Part shown: positions 26,813 to 36,561 of the stretch, one piece after another
Layout of the letters: each line of letters opens with the position of its first letter
How positions within the stretch are numbered: the stretch's first letter is position 1
NCBI GenBank assembly: GCA_023485845.1
Contig: JAMCZE010000010.1
Coordinates: 156,046-220,045, forward strand
Reading direction: 5' to 3'
Length of the DNA stretch: 64,000 nt
Origin: Patescibacteria group bacterium
GTDB lineage: Bacteria > Patescibacteriota > Microgenomatia > JAMCZE01
Translations under genes and position numbers: made by a program
Notes under the pieces: model-generated
Seen by the model: the letters and a program-made list of their open reading frames with translations, nothing else
Told to the model about the DNA's origin: nothing
Database searches by the model: none

Positions 26813-29206
26813 TTAACTAAAATCCAAAAACCGGAAACGGGCGTTGAGGAATTTCAGAAAGTCAAAGATAAGAATGAAAACAAAGGCGGCGGCCAGAGCC
26901 ATCAACCACTCCCGGCCACCAAGCGGCGTGGTTTCAAAAACGGTGTTAATCGGCAGATAAATAATCGCCAGAGAGAGAACTAGGGACAACCCGGCGGCGC
27001 CGAAAAGATAGCCGTTGGTCAGCGGCGACCGGGTGAGACTCTGCTGGCGCAGCGAGCGAAAATTAAAAGCATTGGCCACCTCCAGAATAATTAAAGCTAA
27101 CAGCGCCTCGGTTCGGCCCGCCAGCCCAAAGACCAGCAGGGTTAAGACCGTCATCAACCCCCCGGCCAAAAAAGCCACCAGAATAAGCCGATTGGTGAGA
27201 ATCTCCGGCTTCTTTCTCGGCGGCTCATCCATGACGTCCTGCGACGATCTATTAAACGCGAAGGTGATCGCCGGCAAATCATCAGTCACCAAATTTAAAA
27301 ATAAAATCTGCAGGGCCAACAGCACCGGCGTTTGCCAGCCAAAAAGCGGCGCCAACAGCACCCCGAAAAACAAAATTGCCAGTTCCGCCAAATTGCAGGA
27401 AAGTTGATAAGTGACAAACTTGCGCATGTTATTAAAAATGGTCCGGCCTTCCCGGATGGCCGTGACAATCGTGGCGAAATTATTATCTTTCAGCGTTAAA
27501 TCGGCCACCGACCGAGCCACATCTGTCCCCCCGATCCCCATCGCCACCCCAATATGCGCCTCTTTGAGAGCCGGACTGTCATTAACGCCGTCGCCGGTCA
27601 TCGTTACCACCTCGCCGAGACTGCGAAGGGCTTTAACGATGCGCAGTTTGTGCTCTGGCCGAACCCGAGCAAAAATGGCCGTTTGCGCCACCACCCGGCC
27701 CAGCTCGTCATCAGTCATCTGGTCCAGTTTCGTTCCTTCCAGCACTTCTCCGGTTAAACCGATTTGCCCGGCCACTGCCAGGGCCGTTTGGCGATGGTCC
27801 CCGGTGATCATCTTAACGGCGATCCCCGCCGCCCGCGCCTCGACGATGGCTTCTTTGACTTCCGGCCGCGGCGGATCGGCCAGCCCCACCAGGCCAAAAA
27901 ACGTTAGATTTGTTTCTCCCCGGCTCGGCCGACCGGCCAGGGCAATTGTGCGATAGGCCGCCCCTGTCCACTCCTGATTAATTTTTTCAATTTCCGTTTT
28001 ATTAAAATTTTTGCACCGGGCTAATACCACTTCCGGCGCCCCTTTAATAAAGGAATAATTTTTCCCGCCCATCTTGCCAAAAACCGCCATCATTTTTTTC
28101 TCAGAACTGAAAGGAATTTCTTCCTCCCGGGTAAAATTTAAGTCCTCACGGAAAACTTTTTCTTTGGCTGCTGCCGCCAAAAGCGCTGCTTCCGTCCCCC
28201 GCCCATTCCCTCCGGCGGGCGTGTCATTGCACAGCACCGCCGCTTGCCAGAGCTTTTCCAAATTCTTGCTGAAAACTTTTTCCACCGTCATCTGCCCGGT
28301 GGTAATCGTCCCCGTCTTGTCCGCGCAAATCACTGTCGTTTCCCCCAGTGTTTCAATAATGGACATCCGGTTAACGATGGCGTTTTTCTTGGCCATCCGG
28401 GAAGCGCCCATCGCCAATGATGTGGCCAAAACCACCGGCATCCCCTCGGGAAAGGCCGAGACCATCAGGGCAATCACCACCACTAAAATGTGAACCAGGG
28501 TTTCCATTGTCACCACCGGGGCGCGAACTATTAATAGGAAACCCGTTAGGGCGGAAATAATAATTGCGATCACCACCATGACCCGGGCAATATTATTGAC
28601 CTTGCCGGCTAGCGGCAATTCTTTTTCGGTGCGCGCGACCAGTTTCACGATCTGGCCAAATTTTGTGCTCATTCCCGTATGTTGGATCGTCGCTGTGGCC
28701 CGGCCGGCCAGGATATATGTGCCGGCAAAAACCATCTCCCCGACTTTTTTGGTGATTGGTTCTGACTCGCCGGTTAACACCGCTTCATCCACCGCCAGCT
28801 GGGACAACTGTGTGATTTTTCCGTCGGCCGGGATCTTTTCCCCAGCCCGCAAAATCACCGTGTCTCCCGGAACAACCGCCGTGGTGGGCACCGATTGTTC
28901 CTGGCCGTCGCGCACCACGGTGGAGCTGGCGGCGGTCATCTCCCGCAACCTTGCCACCGCATTTTCTGCCCGGTATTCCTGAAAAAAGCCCATCCCCACC
29001 ACCAGGAAAATTACACCCGTCACCGTCACTCCCGTCACGTTCTCCCTGATTAGAAAGGAAATTAAGGCTGCCAAAATCAGCAGATAGACAATGAGGTTAC
29101 CCTTAATCTGGGCCAGAACAATGCGCACCGCCGACACCGCGTCCGGGTTAATAATTTTATTCGGCCCCCATTGGACCAAAAGTTTGGCTGCCTCTTGACT
29201 GCTCAC
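26813..29206 (-). CDS. cation-transporting P-type ATPase (P2-like)
   Basis: Motifs CADKTGTITT, MITGDH and VTMTGDGVNDSPALKEAHIGVAMG. 797 aa. Confidence 0.9.
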   Translation of the reverse strand: MSSQEAAKLLVQWGPNKIINPDAVSAVRIVLAQIKGNLIVYLLILAALISFLIRENVTGVTVTGVIFLVVGMGFFQEYRAENAVARLREMTAASSTVVRDGQEQSVPTTAVVPGDTVILRAGEKIPADGKITQLSQLAVDEAVLTGESEPITKKVGEMVFAGTYILAGRATATIQHTGMSTKFGQIVKLVARTEKELPLAGKVNNIARVMVVIAIIISALTGFLLIVRAPVVTMETLVHILVVVIALMVSAFPEGMPVVLATSLAMGASRMAKKNAIVNRMSIIETLGETTVICADKTGTITTGQMTVEKVFSKNLEKLWQAAVLCNDTPAGGNGRGTEAALLAAAAKEKVFREDLNFTREEEIPFSSEKKMMAVFGKMGGKNYSFIKGAPEVVLARCKNFNKTEIEKINQEWTGAAYRTIALAGRPSRGETNLTFFGLVGLADPPRPEVKEAIVEARAAGIAVKMITGDHRQTALAVAGQIGLTGEVLEGTKLDQMTDDELGRVVAQTAIFARVRPEHKLRIVKALRSLGEVVTMTGDGVNDSPALKEAHIGVAMGIGGTDVARSVADLTLKDNNFATIVTAIREGRTIFNNMRKFVTYQLSCNLAELAILFFGVLLAPLFGWQTPVLLALQILFLNLVTDDLPAITFAFNRSSQDVMDEPPRKKPEILTNRLILVAFLAGGLMTVLTLLVFGLAGRTEALLALIILEVANAFNFRSLRQQSLTRSPLTNGYLFGAAGLSLVLSLAIIYLPINTVFETTPLGGREWLMALAAAFVFILIFDFLKFLNARFRFLDFS

Positions 29207-30038
29207 CCTTCCAGTCTAGCAAATTCAACAGGGCCTTGCCCACCCGGCCTCCCGGGCGCAGGCGAAAGAGAAAGAAGCGGTTTGCCGGGCTTTGGACCAG
29301 GCCGGGCAACGTGGAAACGGCCGTGCGAAAACCGGACGCTTTAACAACACTGATGGCCTGGGCGTCAAAAGAACCATAGGGATAAGCAAAGGAAACGACC
29401 CGTTTATTAATAATCTGTTCCAACTGCCATTTGCTCTGGAGAATTTCCGTTTGCGACCGGGCGGACGGCAGGCCCCGCAGTCCAACGTGGTGGACGGTGT
29501 GGGCGCCGATCTCCACCAAACCGTCGGCGGCAATTTGGGCAATCTCCCCCGCCGTCATGTGGTCCACAGCCCCAATCATTCCGGAAATAACATATTGGGT
29601 CGCCGCCGCGTGGTATTTTTTCAAAATCGGATAAACGTCGACATAAAAATCACTGTAGCCGTCGTCAAAAGTCAACAGCACCGGCCTTTCCGGCAGAGCT
29701 TTTTTATTATCCAAAACGTCCGCCAGGTCGGCGGCGGTCAAAAAAGAATAACCGGCGTCGGCCAAGGTTTTAACCTCCAGATCAAAAGTCGCCGGGCTGG
29801 TGTCCAGAGACAGACGGGTTTTGTCATCCTTGTTTTGGAGATATTCCACGTAGTGGAACATTAAAATCGGCACTTTGATCTGGCCCGAGGCGCTGGCGCT
29901 ATCCGCCACCAGCTTTTTGATGTCAGCCGGCACTGGCGCCGGAGCCGGTGTCGGCACTCTGGCCCAGGTCATCCCCGCCCAAAAAGCCAGTCCGGTAACC
30001 AATATTAACAGCAGAAAAAACACCCCAATTTTCCTCAC
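29157..30038 (-). CDS. polysaccharide deacetylase (NodB-homology domain), secreted
   Basis: Signal/TM N-terminus. Motifs LTFDDGY and HTVHH. Confidence 0.85.
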   Translation of the reverse strand: MRKIGVFFLLLILVTGLAFWAGMTWARVPTPAPAPVPADIKKLVADSASASGQIKVPILMFHYVEYLQNKDDKTRLSLDTSPATFDLEVKTLADAGYSFLTAADLADVLDNKKALPERPVLLTFDDGYSDFYVDVYPILKKYHAAATQYVISGMIGAVDHMTAGEIAQIAADGLVEIGAHTVHHVGLRGLPSARSQTEILQSKWQLEQIINKRVVSFAYPYGSFDAQAISVVKASGFRTAVSTLPGLVQSPANRFFLFRLRPGGRVGKALLNLLDWKGEQSRGSQTFGPMGAE

Positions 30039-30161
30039 CCGCTAATCATAACATCTTTTAATTAGGGAGAGACCCTGCCGCCCCACAGGGTCTCTCCCTG
30101 CGAAGGTGCAAATTTTGTCAAATTGGAATAAGGGCTGTATAATCAATCTAATTACGAAATT

Positions 30162-30407
30162 ATGGCAATAATTGAAATAAAAGAGGCCACTTACAAACCA
30201 TCCGGTACCTTGCGAATTGTATTGGATACCCCACTAAGTTATCACCAGTTGCTCTCTCTCGCTGGATCAGTTTCTCAAAGATTGAAGAAAATGGCCGAGA
30301 CTCTCGACCCGGATCCAAGCGAAAAGTTCGAGGTAGACGCACGCCCCATGCGCCCTATTGAGGAACCAGAAATTTGGTTCAATCTGGGTAAAAAATACTA
30401 CATTTAG
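30162..30407 (+). CDS. hypothetical small protein
   Basis: ORF in an AT-rich patch. Confidence 0.3.
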   Translation: MAIIEIKEATYKPSGTLRIVLDTPLSYHQLLSLAGSVSQRLKKMAETLDPDPSEKFEVDARPMRPIEEPEIWFNLGKKYYI

Positions 30408-30513
30408 GCCGAATGAATTAATCCTTCATGCCCGCCATGACCGCCTTGGTTTGGATAGCAACCCGTTAGACCGCCAAGTGGAATATTATTAGAACCGCTG
30501 AATATTAACTACC

Positions 30514-30882
30514 ATGACAGAAGCAGAAGGAGAAAAATTACGAGGGAAAGTCAATTGGCAAATGAAAGCATCTTCGCCGGGCGGAGCGAGATATATAAGT
30601 GGCCTCGAAGAACTTGAACAGGATATCCCCTTTTTTAAAAAGCGCGATGGTATTGTTTTTTGGCTCTTTCGGGACATTGCGATTGCAAAAGGTAATCCCG
30701 GAGGCGAGCAACAGGATGTTGTCAAAAATGCCAAACTACTGGTGGAGCAAGGCAAACTTACTCAAGATCAATTAAATCATATTTACCACCAATTTGAGTT
30801 TGACCCGGAAACATATCGGCCGCTGAACCTAAAAGCCCAATGGGAAAGAATAGCTAACGCCTTACGAGATAGAACCAGTTAG
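30514..30882 (+). CDS. hypothetical protein (122 aa)
   Basis: ORF in an AT-rich patch. Confidence 0.35.
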   Translation: MTEAEGEKLRGKVNWQMKASSPGGARYISGLEELEQDIPFFKKRDGIVFWLFRDIAIAKGNPGGEQQDVVKNAKLLVEQGKLTQDQLNHIYHQFEFDPETYRPLNLKAQWERIANALRDRTS

Positions 30883-30936
30883 TTTATATTTGAATCTTAC
30901 TAAATAGCCAGGAGCCTAGGATTAATAGGGCGGCGG

Positions 30937-32070
30937 CTAGAGAATAAAGTCTAGATAGTTTTCCCGGTTGATGGCGGAAAACTTGGAACCCGGGTAGGCA
31001 GTAGACCAGCCGATTGGCGCCCGGGGCTTCCTATCACCAAACTTAAATTCAAACCCGGAAAGTTTCCCGTCTTTATCCTCCACGTAGTCCAATTCCGCCC
31101 CAGTGTAGGTCCGCCAAAAATAAGCGGCGGCAAAATCCTGGGTGTAGGCCAGTTTTTTCATCCGCTCAACCATGAGAAAATTTTCCCACAATTGCCCGGC
31201 ATCGTTGCGGTCCCGAAGTGGCTTGTGGTTATCAATAAGAACGTTGCGCACCCCTAAATCATAAAAATAAATCTTATCCATCTTCACCACTTCCTTGCGC
31301 AGATTCCGGCTCAAGCCCTTAAGCCGAAAAATGACATAGGATTTTTCCAATAGGTCAATGTAGCGGGCCACCGTTTCTTTGCCCGCCCTGAGTGCGCCGG
31401 CAAGCTCTGAAAGCGACGCCTGCGACCCAACCTGGAAGGCCAACAACTTTAATAAGTCGCGTATTTGAGCGGAGTTTCGCAACCCGCCAAATTCAATTAA
31501 ATCTTTGTATAAATAAGCGTCGCTCAAATTTTGCAGGTATTCCCGCCGCTGGGTCTCGCCCGGTAGAGAAAAAATTTCCGGATAGGAACCGAAGATTAAT
31601 CTTTCTTCCAACTGCGCGTCCAATTCCGCCCGGTTATGAATTTTTGCCAGCTCCAAAAAAGTCATCGGGAAAAGATGATAGCTCCAGGTCCGGCCCGTGA
31701 GCGGCTCACTGATTTTACTGGCCAAATTCAGCGACGAGGAACCGGTCACCAAAACTTTCAACGGAGCAAGGTTGTCCAGAATAATTTTTAAGTTCAGGCC
31801 AATCTCGGGAATGCGCTGAGCCTCATCAATAAAAAGCAACTCATAACCGGCAGTCAGCGCTTTAATCCTTCCCAAATCCCGGCTGGAAAAAACGTCCTGA
31901 AACCGGCTCTGATCACCGTTAACAGTCAGGGTCTTAAGCCCCAGCTCGCGGATCACCTCATTAGCCAAAGTGGTCTTACCCACCTGCCGGGCGCCATAGA
32001 TCACCACTCCCTTCGACGAGGTTTTAAGCTTACTAACAACCGTTTTAATAAGAATTCGCGGCAACATCAC
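30937..32070 (-). CDS. AAA-type ATP-binding protein (AAA_14 plus DUF4143-like)
   Basis: P-loop GARQVGKTT. C-terminal YFWRT...ELDYV pattern typical of the DUF4143 ATPase family. Confidence 0.7.
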   Translation of the reverse strand: MMLPRILIKTVVSKLKTSSKGVVIYGARQVGKTTLANEVIRELGLKTLTVNGDQSRFQDVFSSRDLGRIKALTAGYELLFIDEAQRIPEIGLNLKIILDNLAPLKVLVTGSSSLNLASKISEPLTGRTWSYHLFPMTFLELAKIHNRAELDAQLEERLIFGSYPEIFSLPGETQRREYLQNLSDAYLYKDLIEFGGLRNSAQIRDLLKLLAFQVGSQASLSELAGALRAGKETVARYIDLLEKSYVIFRLKGLSRNLRKEVVKMDKIYFYDLGVRNVLIDNHKPLRDRNDAGQLWENFLMVERMKKLAYTQDFAAAYFWRTYTGAELDYVEDKDGKLSGFEFKFGDRKPRAPIGWSTAYPGSKFSAINRENYLDFIL

Positions 32071-32114
32071 TGCATATTAGCGCGAATTGCGCCGGTTGTC
32101 AAGCGGAATTAACG

Positions 32115-32948
32115 CTAAATCTGTATCTTTGAGAACAGCCAGGAGCCCAGGACCAGAAGGGCAACAGTGACACCACAGAGAACCAAGAGATCCAAGGACA
32201 GTGGGAAATAGCCGGCGCCGGTCAGGGTCTGGCGCAGGCCGTCGACCCCATAGGACAGCGGATCAATTTTAACCACCACCTCAAGCGCCCCCGGCAGGTT
32301 ACTTAGCGGAAACAGCGCCCCGGACAGGAAAAACAGCGGCATAATCAAGAAATTCATAATTAATTGAAACCCCTGCATGTCTTCCAGCACCGAAGCAATC
32401 GCCGTTCCCAGGGCGGTGAACAGCGTGGCCGTAAGAATCATAATTAAAATTGCCGGGATAACGGACCAGAGGCTGACAGGACGAAACCCGGCCAGTGTGG
32501 CAATAACCAGAACAATCACGCCCTGCAGTGTCGCCACCGTCGCTCCCCCGGCGGTCCGCCCGATCATAATGGACAGCCGTGACACCGGCGCCACCAGGGT
32601 TTCTTTCAAAAAACCAAACTGGCGGTCCCAAATAATTTCAATGCCGGTGAAAACGGAGGTGAACAGCACCGCCATGGCCACCACGCCCGGGGCCAAAAAC
32701 TCCAAATAGTTGCCGGCCCCGGCTTTTTGGAAAACCGGGCCAAAGCCAAACCCGAGGGCCACCAAAAACAAAATCGGCTGGCCCAAAGAACCGACAATGC
32801 GTGAACGGGAGCGCAAATAGCGCTTCAGTTGCCGCAACCATAATATGTATATCGCGTTCATAGTTAATTTGAAATTGTTTTTATCGTCTCCTCCCCCACA
32901 TTCTTGCTCCGGCGCGCAAATGGTCAATCGCCCCTGCTTCTTCATCAC
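32115..32948 (-). CDS. ABC-2-type transporter permease
   Basis: Six hydrophobic segments. The likely start is MNAIYILWLRQ at about 32861. Confidence 0.75.
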   Translation of the reverse strand: MMKKQGRLTICAPEQECGGGDDKNNFKLTMNAIYILWLRQLKRYLRSRSRIVGSLGQPILFLVALGFGFGPVFQKAGAGNYLEFLAPGVVAMAVLFTSVFTGIEIIWDRQFGFLKETLVAPVSRLSIMIGRTAGGATVATLQGVIVLVIATLAGFRPVSLWSVIPAILIMILTATLFTALGTAIASVLEDMQGFQLIMNFLIMPLFFLSGALFPLSNLPGALEVVVKIDPLSYGVDGLRQTLTGAGYFPLSLDLLVLCGVTVALLVLGSWLFSKIQI

Positions 32949-33711
32949 GAATTGCGTGGCCGGTGAGGGTCAGGAAAGCATCCTCCATGGAAGTCTTTTT
33001 TGTCTGTTTTTTCAGCTGGGCGGGGGTGCCGGCAGCAATAATCTTGCCGTGGTCCATAATCGCCACCTTGCCTGCCGGCAGGCAGGCCCGCTCGGCCTCG
33101 TCCATATAATGCGTTGTGAAGAACACGGTGATGTTTTCTGTTTTATTCAAATTTTTGATGTACTCCCAAATATGATTGCGCGTCTGTGGGTCCAGTCCTT
33201 GGGTTGGCTCGTCCAGAAAGAAAATCTTCGGATGATGAAGCAGGCCGCGAGCAATCTCTAACCGCCGCTTCATTCCCCCGGAAAAGTTTTTCACTAAATC
33301 ATTGCGCCGCTCCCAAAGTTCAACAAATTTTAAAAGTTCCTCGGCTCTTTTGCGACCCAGGTCGCGCGGGACACCATAAAGCACTCCATGAAACTCCAGG
33401 TTTTCCCAGGCCGTCAGCTCGTCATCCAGGCTGGGATCCTGAAAAACAATGCCGAAAGCCCGGCGGACTGCCTCCTGGTCGGTCGCCGGGTCGGCGCCAT
33501 TAATTTCAATCCTGCCCGATGTCGGCGCCAAAAGGGTGGTCAGCATTTTAATCGTCGTGGTCTTGCCCGCCCCGTTGGGCCCCAAAAACGCGAAAATCTC
33601 CCCGGCGGCCACATCAAAAGAAATGTTGTCCACCGCCAGAAAATTATTGAACTTTTTTGTCAACCCGGAAACTTTAATCATGAAAGTTATGCTATCATTG
33701 GACGATGCCAA
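32881..33711 (-). CDS. ABC transporter ATP-binding protein
   Basis: Walker A GPNGAGKTT, signature LSGGMKRRLEIARGL, Walker B IFFLDEPTQGLD. Confidence 0.9.
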   Translation of the reverse strand: MASSNDSITFMIKVSGLTKKFNNFLAVDNISFDVAAGEIFAFLGPNGAGKTTTIKMLTTLLAPTSGRIEINGADPATDQEAVRRAFGIVFQDPSLDDELTAWENLEFHGVLYGVPRDLGRKRAEELLKFVELWERRNDLVKNFSGGMKRRLEIARGLLHHPKIFFLDEPTQGLDPQTRNHIWEYIKNLNKTENITVFFTTHYMDEAERACLPAGKVAIMDHGKIIAAGTPAQLKKQTKKTSMEDAFLTLTGHAIRDEEAGAIDHLRAGARMWGRRR

Positions 33712-34727
33712 AATACAAGCCGGAGATTGACATCCTCAAAGCGACCGCCATTATCGCCGTGGTTTTGATTCACGTCAGCGCCGCCTATATGGCCCACGGC
33801 TACGATCTAATTAACCTGACAGTCAACCAGGCCGCCCGTTTTGCAGTCCCTGTTTTTGTTGCTCTGTCCAGTTTTGGCTTGGCCGGTAAATACCTAGCAA
33901 CTAAGCTGGAGTTGAAAGATTTCTTCGTCCGTCGGGCCCTGCGGCTTTTACCCTGGTTTTTCTTCTGGGAGGTCATCATTTTTGTCACCGTCACCTATGT
34001 TTTGCGCCAAAGCTGGATTCTTTATGACGGGCTGCCATTATGGAAAATTTTTATACTCGGAAAGGCCGATTATCACCTCTATTTCGTGCCAATGATCTTC
34101 GTTCTTTATCTGTTTTTTCCGATATTATTGCAATTTATTAAACGCTTTCCAAAGCTGACCTTGCTAGCTGCTTTTCTGTTTCAAATTTACTGGTATTGGC
34201 AAATCACGACCCAAACCGAACTGCTTTCCAACCGCAATAATGTCTGGACGGACCAAATGCAATATCTCAACCCCCTCACCTGGATTTTTTACTTCGTTTT
34301 CGGCATGTTTTTAGCTCGTGCTAAAAGCTACAAGCTACAAGCTATTAGCCTAGTTGCTTTGTTAGTTGGTCTTGTCTGGACTGTTGCCAGTTCTGGTTAT
34401 CTGATGTCGTCTGGTTTTGAGATCACCGTCGCCACCCGTTTCACCCGCTTCCCGGTCCTACTCTACTCGATTGGGGTAATCTTGTCTGGCCTTCTCGTCT
34501 TACCTTCTCTCCCGCTTACCCGCTTACCCACTTTCCTCACCCGTCTTGGTAAATTATCGTTATTGGTTTATCTCTGCCACACCCTCGTTCTTCGCGCTGT
34601 GCCGCTAACCTTTCCCGAACCGATAGTCTTTATTTTAGTTTTGGCCGGCAGTTATCTCATCGCTGAAGTTTGCTCCCACATTAGCTTCAAGAGACCACCT
34701 CTCGTGAAGCTACTTGCAAAAAACTGA
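33705..34727 (+). CDS. acyltransferase-3 (OafA-like) family membrane acyltransferase
   Basis: N-terminal IDILKATAIIAVVLIHV motif plus about 10 TM segments. Confidence 0.75.
   Translation: MPKYKPEIDILKATAIIAVVLIHVSAAYMAHGYDLINLTVNQAARFAVPVFVALSSFGLAGKYLATKLELKDFFVRRALRLLPWFFFWEVIIFVTVTYVLRQSWILYDGLPLWKIFILGKADYHLYFVPMIFVLYLFFPILLQFIKRFPKLTLLAAFLFQIYWYWQITTQTELLSNRNNVWTDQMQYLNPLTWIFYFVFGMFLARAKSYKLQAISLVALLVGLVWTVASSGYLMSSGFEITVATRFTRFPVLLYSIGVILSGLLVLPSLPLTRLPTFLTRLGKLSLLVYLCHTLVLRAVPLTFPEPIVFILVLAGSYLIAEVCSHISFKRPPLVKLLAKN
34682..34712 (+). repeat. 31-bp hairpin-containing repeat tagcttcaagagaccacctctcgtgaagcta (left flank of the RAYT gene)
   Basis: Identical to 35408-35438. Contains the imperfect palindrome cttcaagaga-ccacc-tctcgtgaag. 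Confidence 0.8.
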
Positions 34728-34747
34728 GAATCAACTATGATTAAACC

Positions 34748-35410
34748 ATGGCGGCCAAAAACTCGATCAAGGCTTACATCCCTGATGGCTACTACCATTT
34801 ATATAATCGTGGGGTTGCTAAAAATGATATTTACCACGATGAAGTTGACTACGCAGTTTTCTTATCCTATTTAAAAGCCTATTTGCTCCCCAAAGACGAA
34901 GAAAAACTACTAGCTATTGTTGCTTCTCCCCAGGCTAGTTATAAGGAAAAGTATCAGGCAACGAAGCTACTGAACTTAAAAAATTTCTGCGGGGAAATAA
35001 CCTTGCTGGCCTATGCTCTCATGCCTAATCATTTCCATTTGTTAATCAAGCAAAAATCGGCCAGCACAATCGATAATTTTATGAATGCGTTGGGCACCAG
35101 ATATGCTGGTTTCTTTAATCGCAAATATCATCGGGTGGGGCCGTTATTCCAGGGGGTTTACAAAGCCGTTCCGATCCAAACCGAAGAACAACTACTCCAT
35201 GTCTCCCGATATATTCACTTAAACCCTAAGGGACAAGGAAATCTGCCCACTTCTCTACCAGAATATCTTGGCCAACGCGACACCGCTTGGGTAAATAGCA
35301 GTGACATCTTGCACCACTTTAACAAGAAAAGTCAAAATAACTCTTATATTGATTTTATGAAAGCCGTTCCCGACTTGACCACAATTCCCCAACTATTAAT
35401 CGACCTTTAG
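34748..35410 (+). CDS. IS200-like/REP-associated Y1 (HUH) transposase (RAYT-type)
   Basis: N-terminal YHLYNRG, HUH motif MPNHFHLLI, catalytic Tyr region GPLFQGVYKAV. 220 aa. AT-rich. Confidence 0.75.
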   Translation: MAAKNSIKAYIPDGYYHLYNRGVAKNDIYHDEVDYAVFLSYLKAYLLPKDEEKLLAIVASPQASYKEKYQATKLLNLKNFCGEITLLAYALMPNHFHLLIKQKSASTIDNFMNALGTRYAGFFNRKYHRVGPLFQGVYKAVPIQTEEQLLHVSRYIHLNPKGQGNLPTSLPEYLGQRDTAWVNSSDILHHFNKKSQNNSYIDFMKAVPDLTTIPQLLIDL

Positions 35411-35438
35411 CTTCAAGAGACCACCTCTCGTGAAGCTA
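35408..35438 (+). repeat. 31-bp hairpin-containing repeat (right flank of the RAYT gene)
   Basis: Identical to 34682-34712. Confidence 0.8.
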
Positions 35439-35457
35439 ATCGCGGAGACATCCAGTG

Positions 35458-36144
35458 CTACTGGCGCAGCTCTTCGGAGACTTGCTCGATCCGTTGCCGA
35501 ACCTGGGCATTTCGAAAACTCCCTTTAGTCGCCCACCAACCAGTGGCACCGCCAAAGGCCAAACCGGTCAACAAGATGTAATTTTGGACATTACCATCAG
35601 TCGTTTTCCCAGCAAAGTCTAATGCCAGCCCAGCAAGCCCACCGCCCAAAAAGCTGAGAGCCTTGTTTTTTAGGCCTTCTTGGCTAGTAATGTCTGGATG
35701 GCCCAAAACCTCAACCGACTTTTCCAATTGAAGTAGAGAGCCGAGAACACCACCAACCAAGCCACTGGTGAAATATTGGTGACTGCCATTAATAAGGTCA
35801 GCAGATTTGAGAACTATAACAATTCCGGCGCCAAGAAGAAATTTTTCCACCAAAGAACGATCGAACTTCCACTTTTCCCCCCTCAGATAAATAAGGCTTG
35901 CCAGGCCACCGAGCGCAATATTGCCCAGGTCCGTTTCCACTGCCGCTTTGATAAGGGTAAGAGTAGTATTAACCCCCAAATTTCCAGCGTTGCCAGCAAC
36001 ACTCGCCACATCGGGGGCATTGCAGCCGGTCAGAGCCAGGGCACCCAAAATCAACGCCGAGGCAGCGACCACCTTCGGATCAATTTTAATCCCCCGCTTT
36101 TTTTCCGCCGTCTTCTCACCATTACTATAGTCTATTTCTTTCAT
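35458..36144 (-). CDS. glycine-rich membrane protein, unknown function
   Basis: ORF with several Gly/Ala-rich hydrophobic segments. Confidence 0.4.
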   Translation of the reverse strand: MKEIDYSNGEKTAEKKRGIKIDPKVVAASALILGALALTGCNAPDVASVAGNAGNLGVNTTLTLIKAAVETDLGNIALGGLASLIYLRGEKWKFDRSLVEKFLLGAGIVIVLKSADLINGSHQYFTSGLVGGVLGSLLQLEKSVEVLGHPDITSQEGLKNKALSFLGGGLAGLALDFAGKTTDGNVQNYILLTGLAFGGATGWWATKGSFRNAQVRQRIEQVSEELRQ

Positions 36145-36228
36145 GGGTCATATATTAACCTATAATGAAACAAATTTCAACTTCTATAGGTTGATTATTT
36201 AATTATAACATAGTATAATCCCTGCCAT

Positions 36229-36561
36229 ATGGACAAAAATGAGACACGGGGAGCGAGATATAGAGATGTCACTGGAAGATGGCGTAACGCTAGGGATCAG
36301 GGTCGCGAAGCAACTGATGTTGCCATCGGCCAAGGACTAGACCATGACAGCTCTCTGGCAATTGGCCTACACGTTGCTACCACTGCCGGTGGTGTAGATG
36401 CAGCCAAAGAGCTTACACAGATGTACTATCAAGCACAAACGTCCAAAGGGATTATAAGAGTGGTCCTAGCAGAACCAAAAGTTGCCCACAAAAAGAACGA
36501 GGGACCTGGCCTTTTACGCCGTCTTTTCATCGTTGCCTTTGCCAGAAATAAGCCTTATTAA
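36229..36561 (+). CDS. hypothetical protein (110 aa)
   Basis: ORF only. Confidence 0.3.
   Translation: MDKNETRGARYRDVTGRWRNARDQGREATDVAIGQGLDHDSSLAIGLHVATTAGGVDAAKELTQMYYQAQTSKGIIRVVLAEPKVAHKKNEGPGLLRRLFIVAFARNKPY

Noticed and set aside
25059-28982. Long plus-strand ORFs (e.g. 25638-26528, 27411-27956, 28578-28982) running antisense through the two P-type ATPase genes
   Set aside because: Low-complexity Ala/Ser/Thr/Arg-rich translations with no motifs. They are typical antisense ORFs in GC-rich coding DNA. The ATPase frames carry all the conserved motifs.
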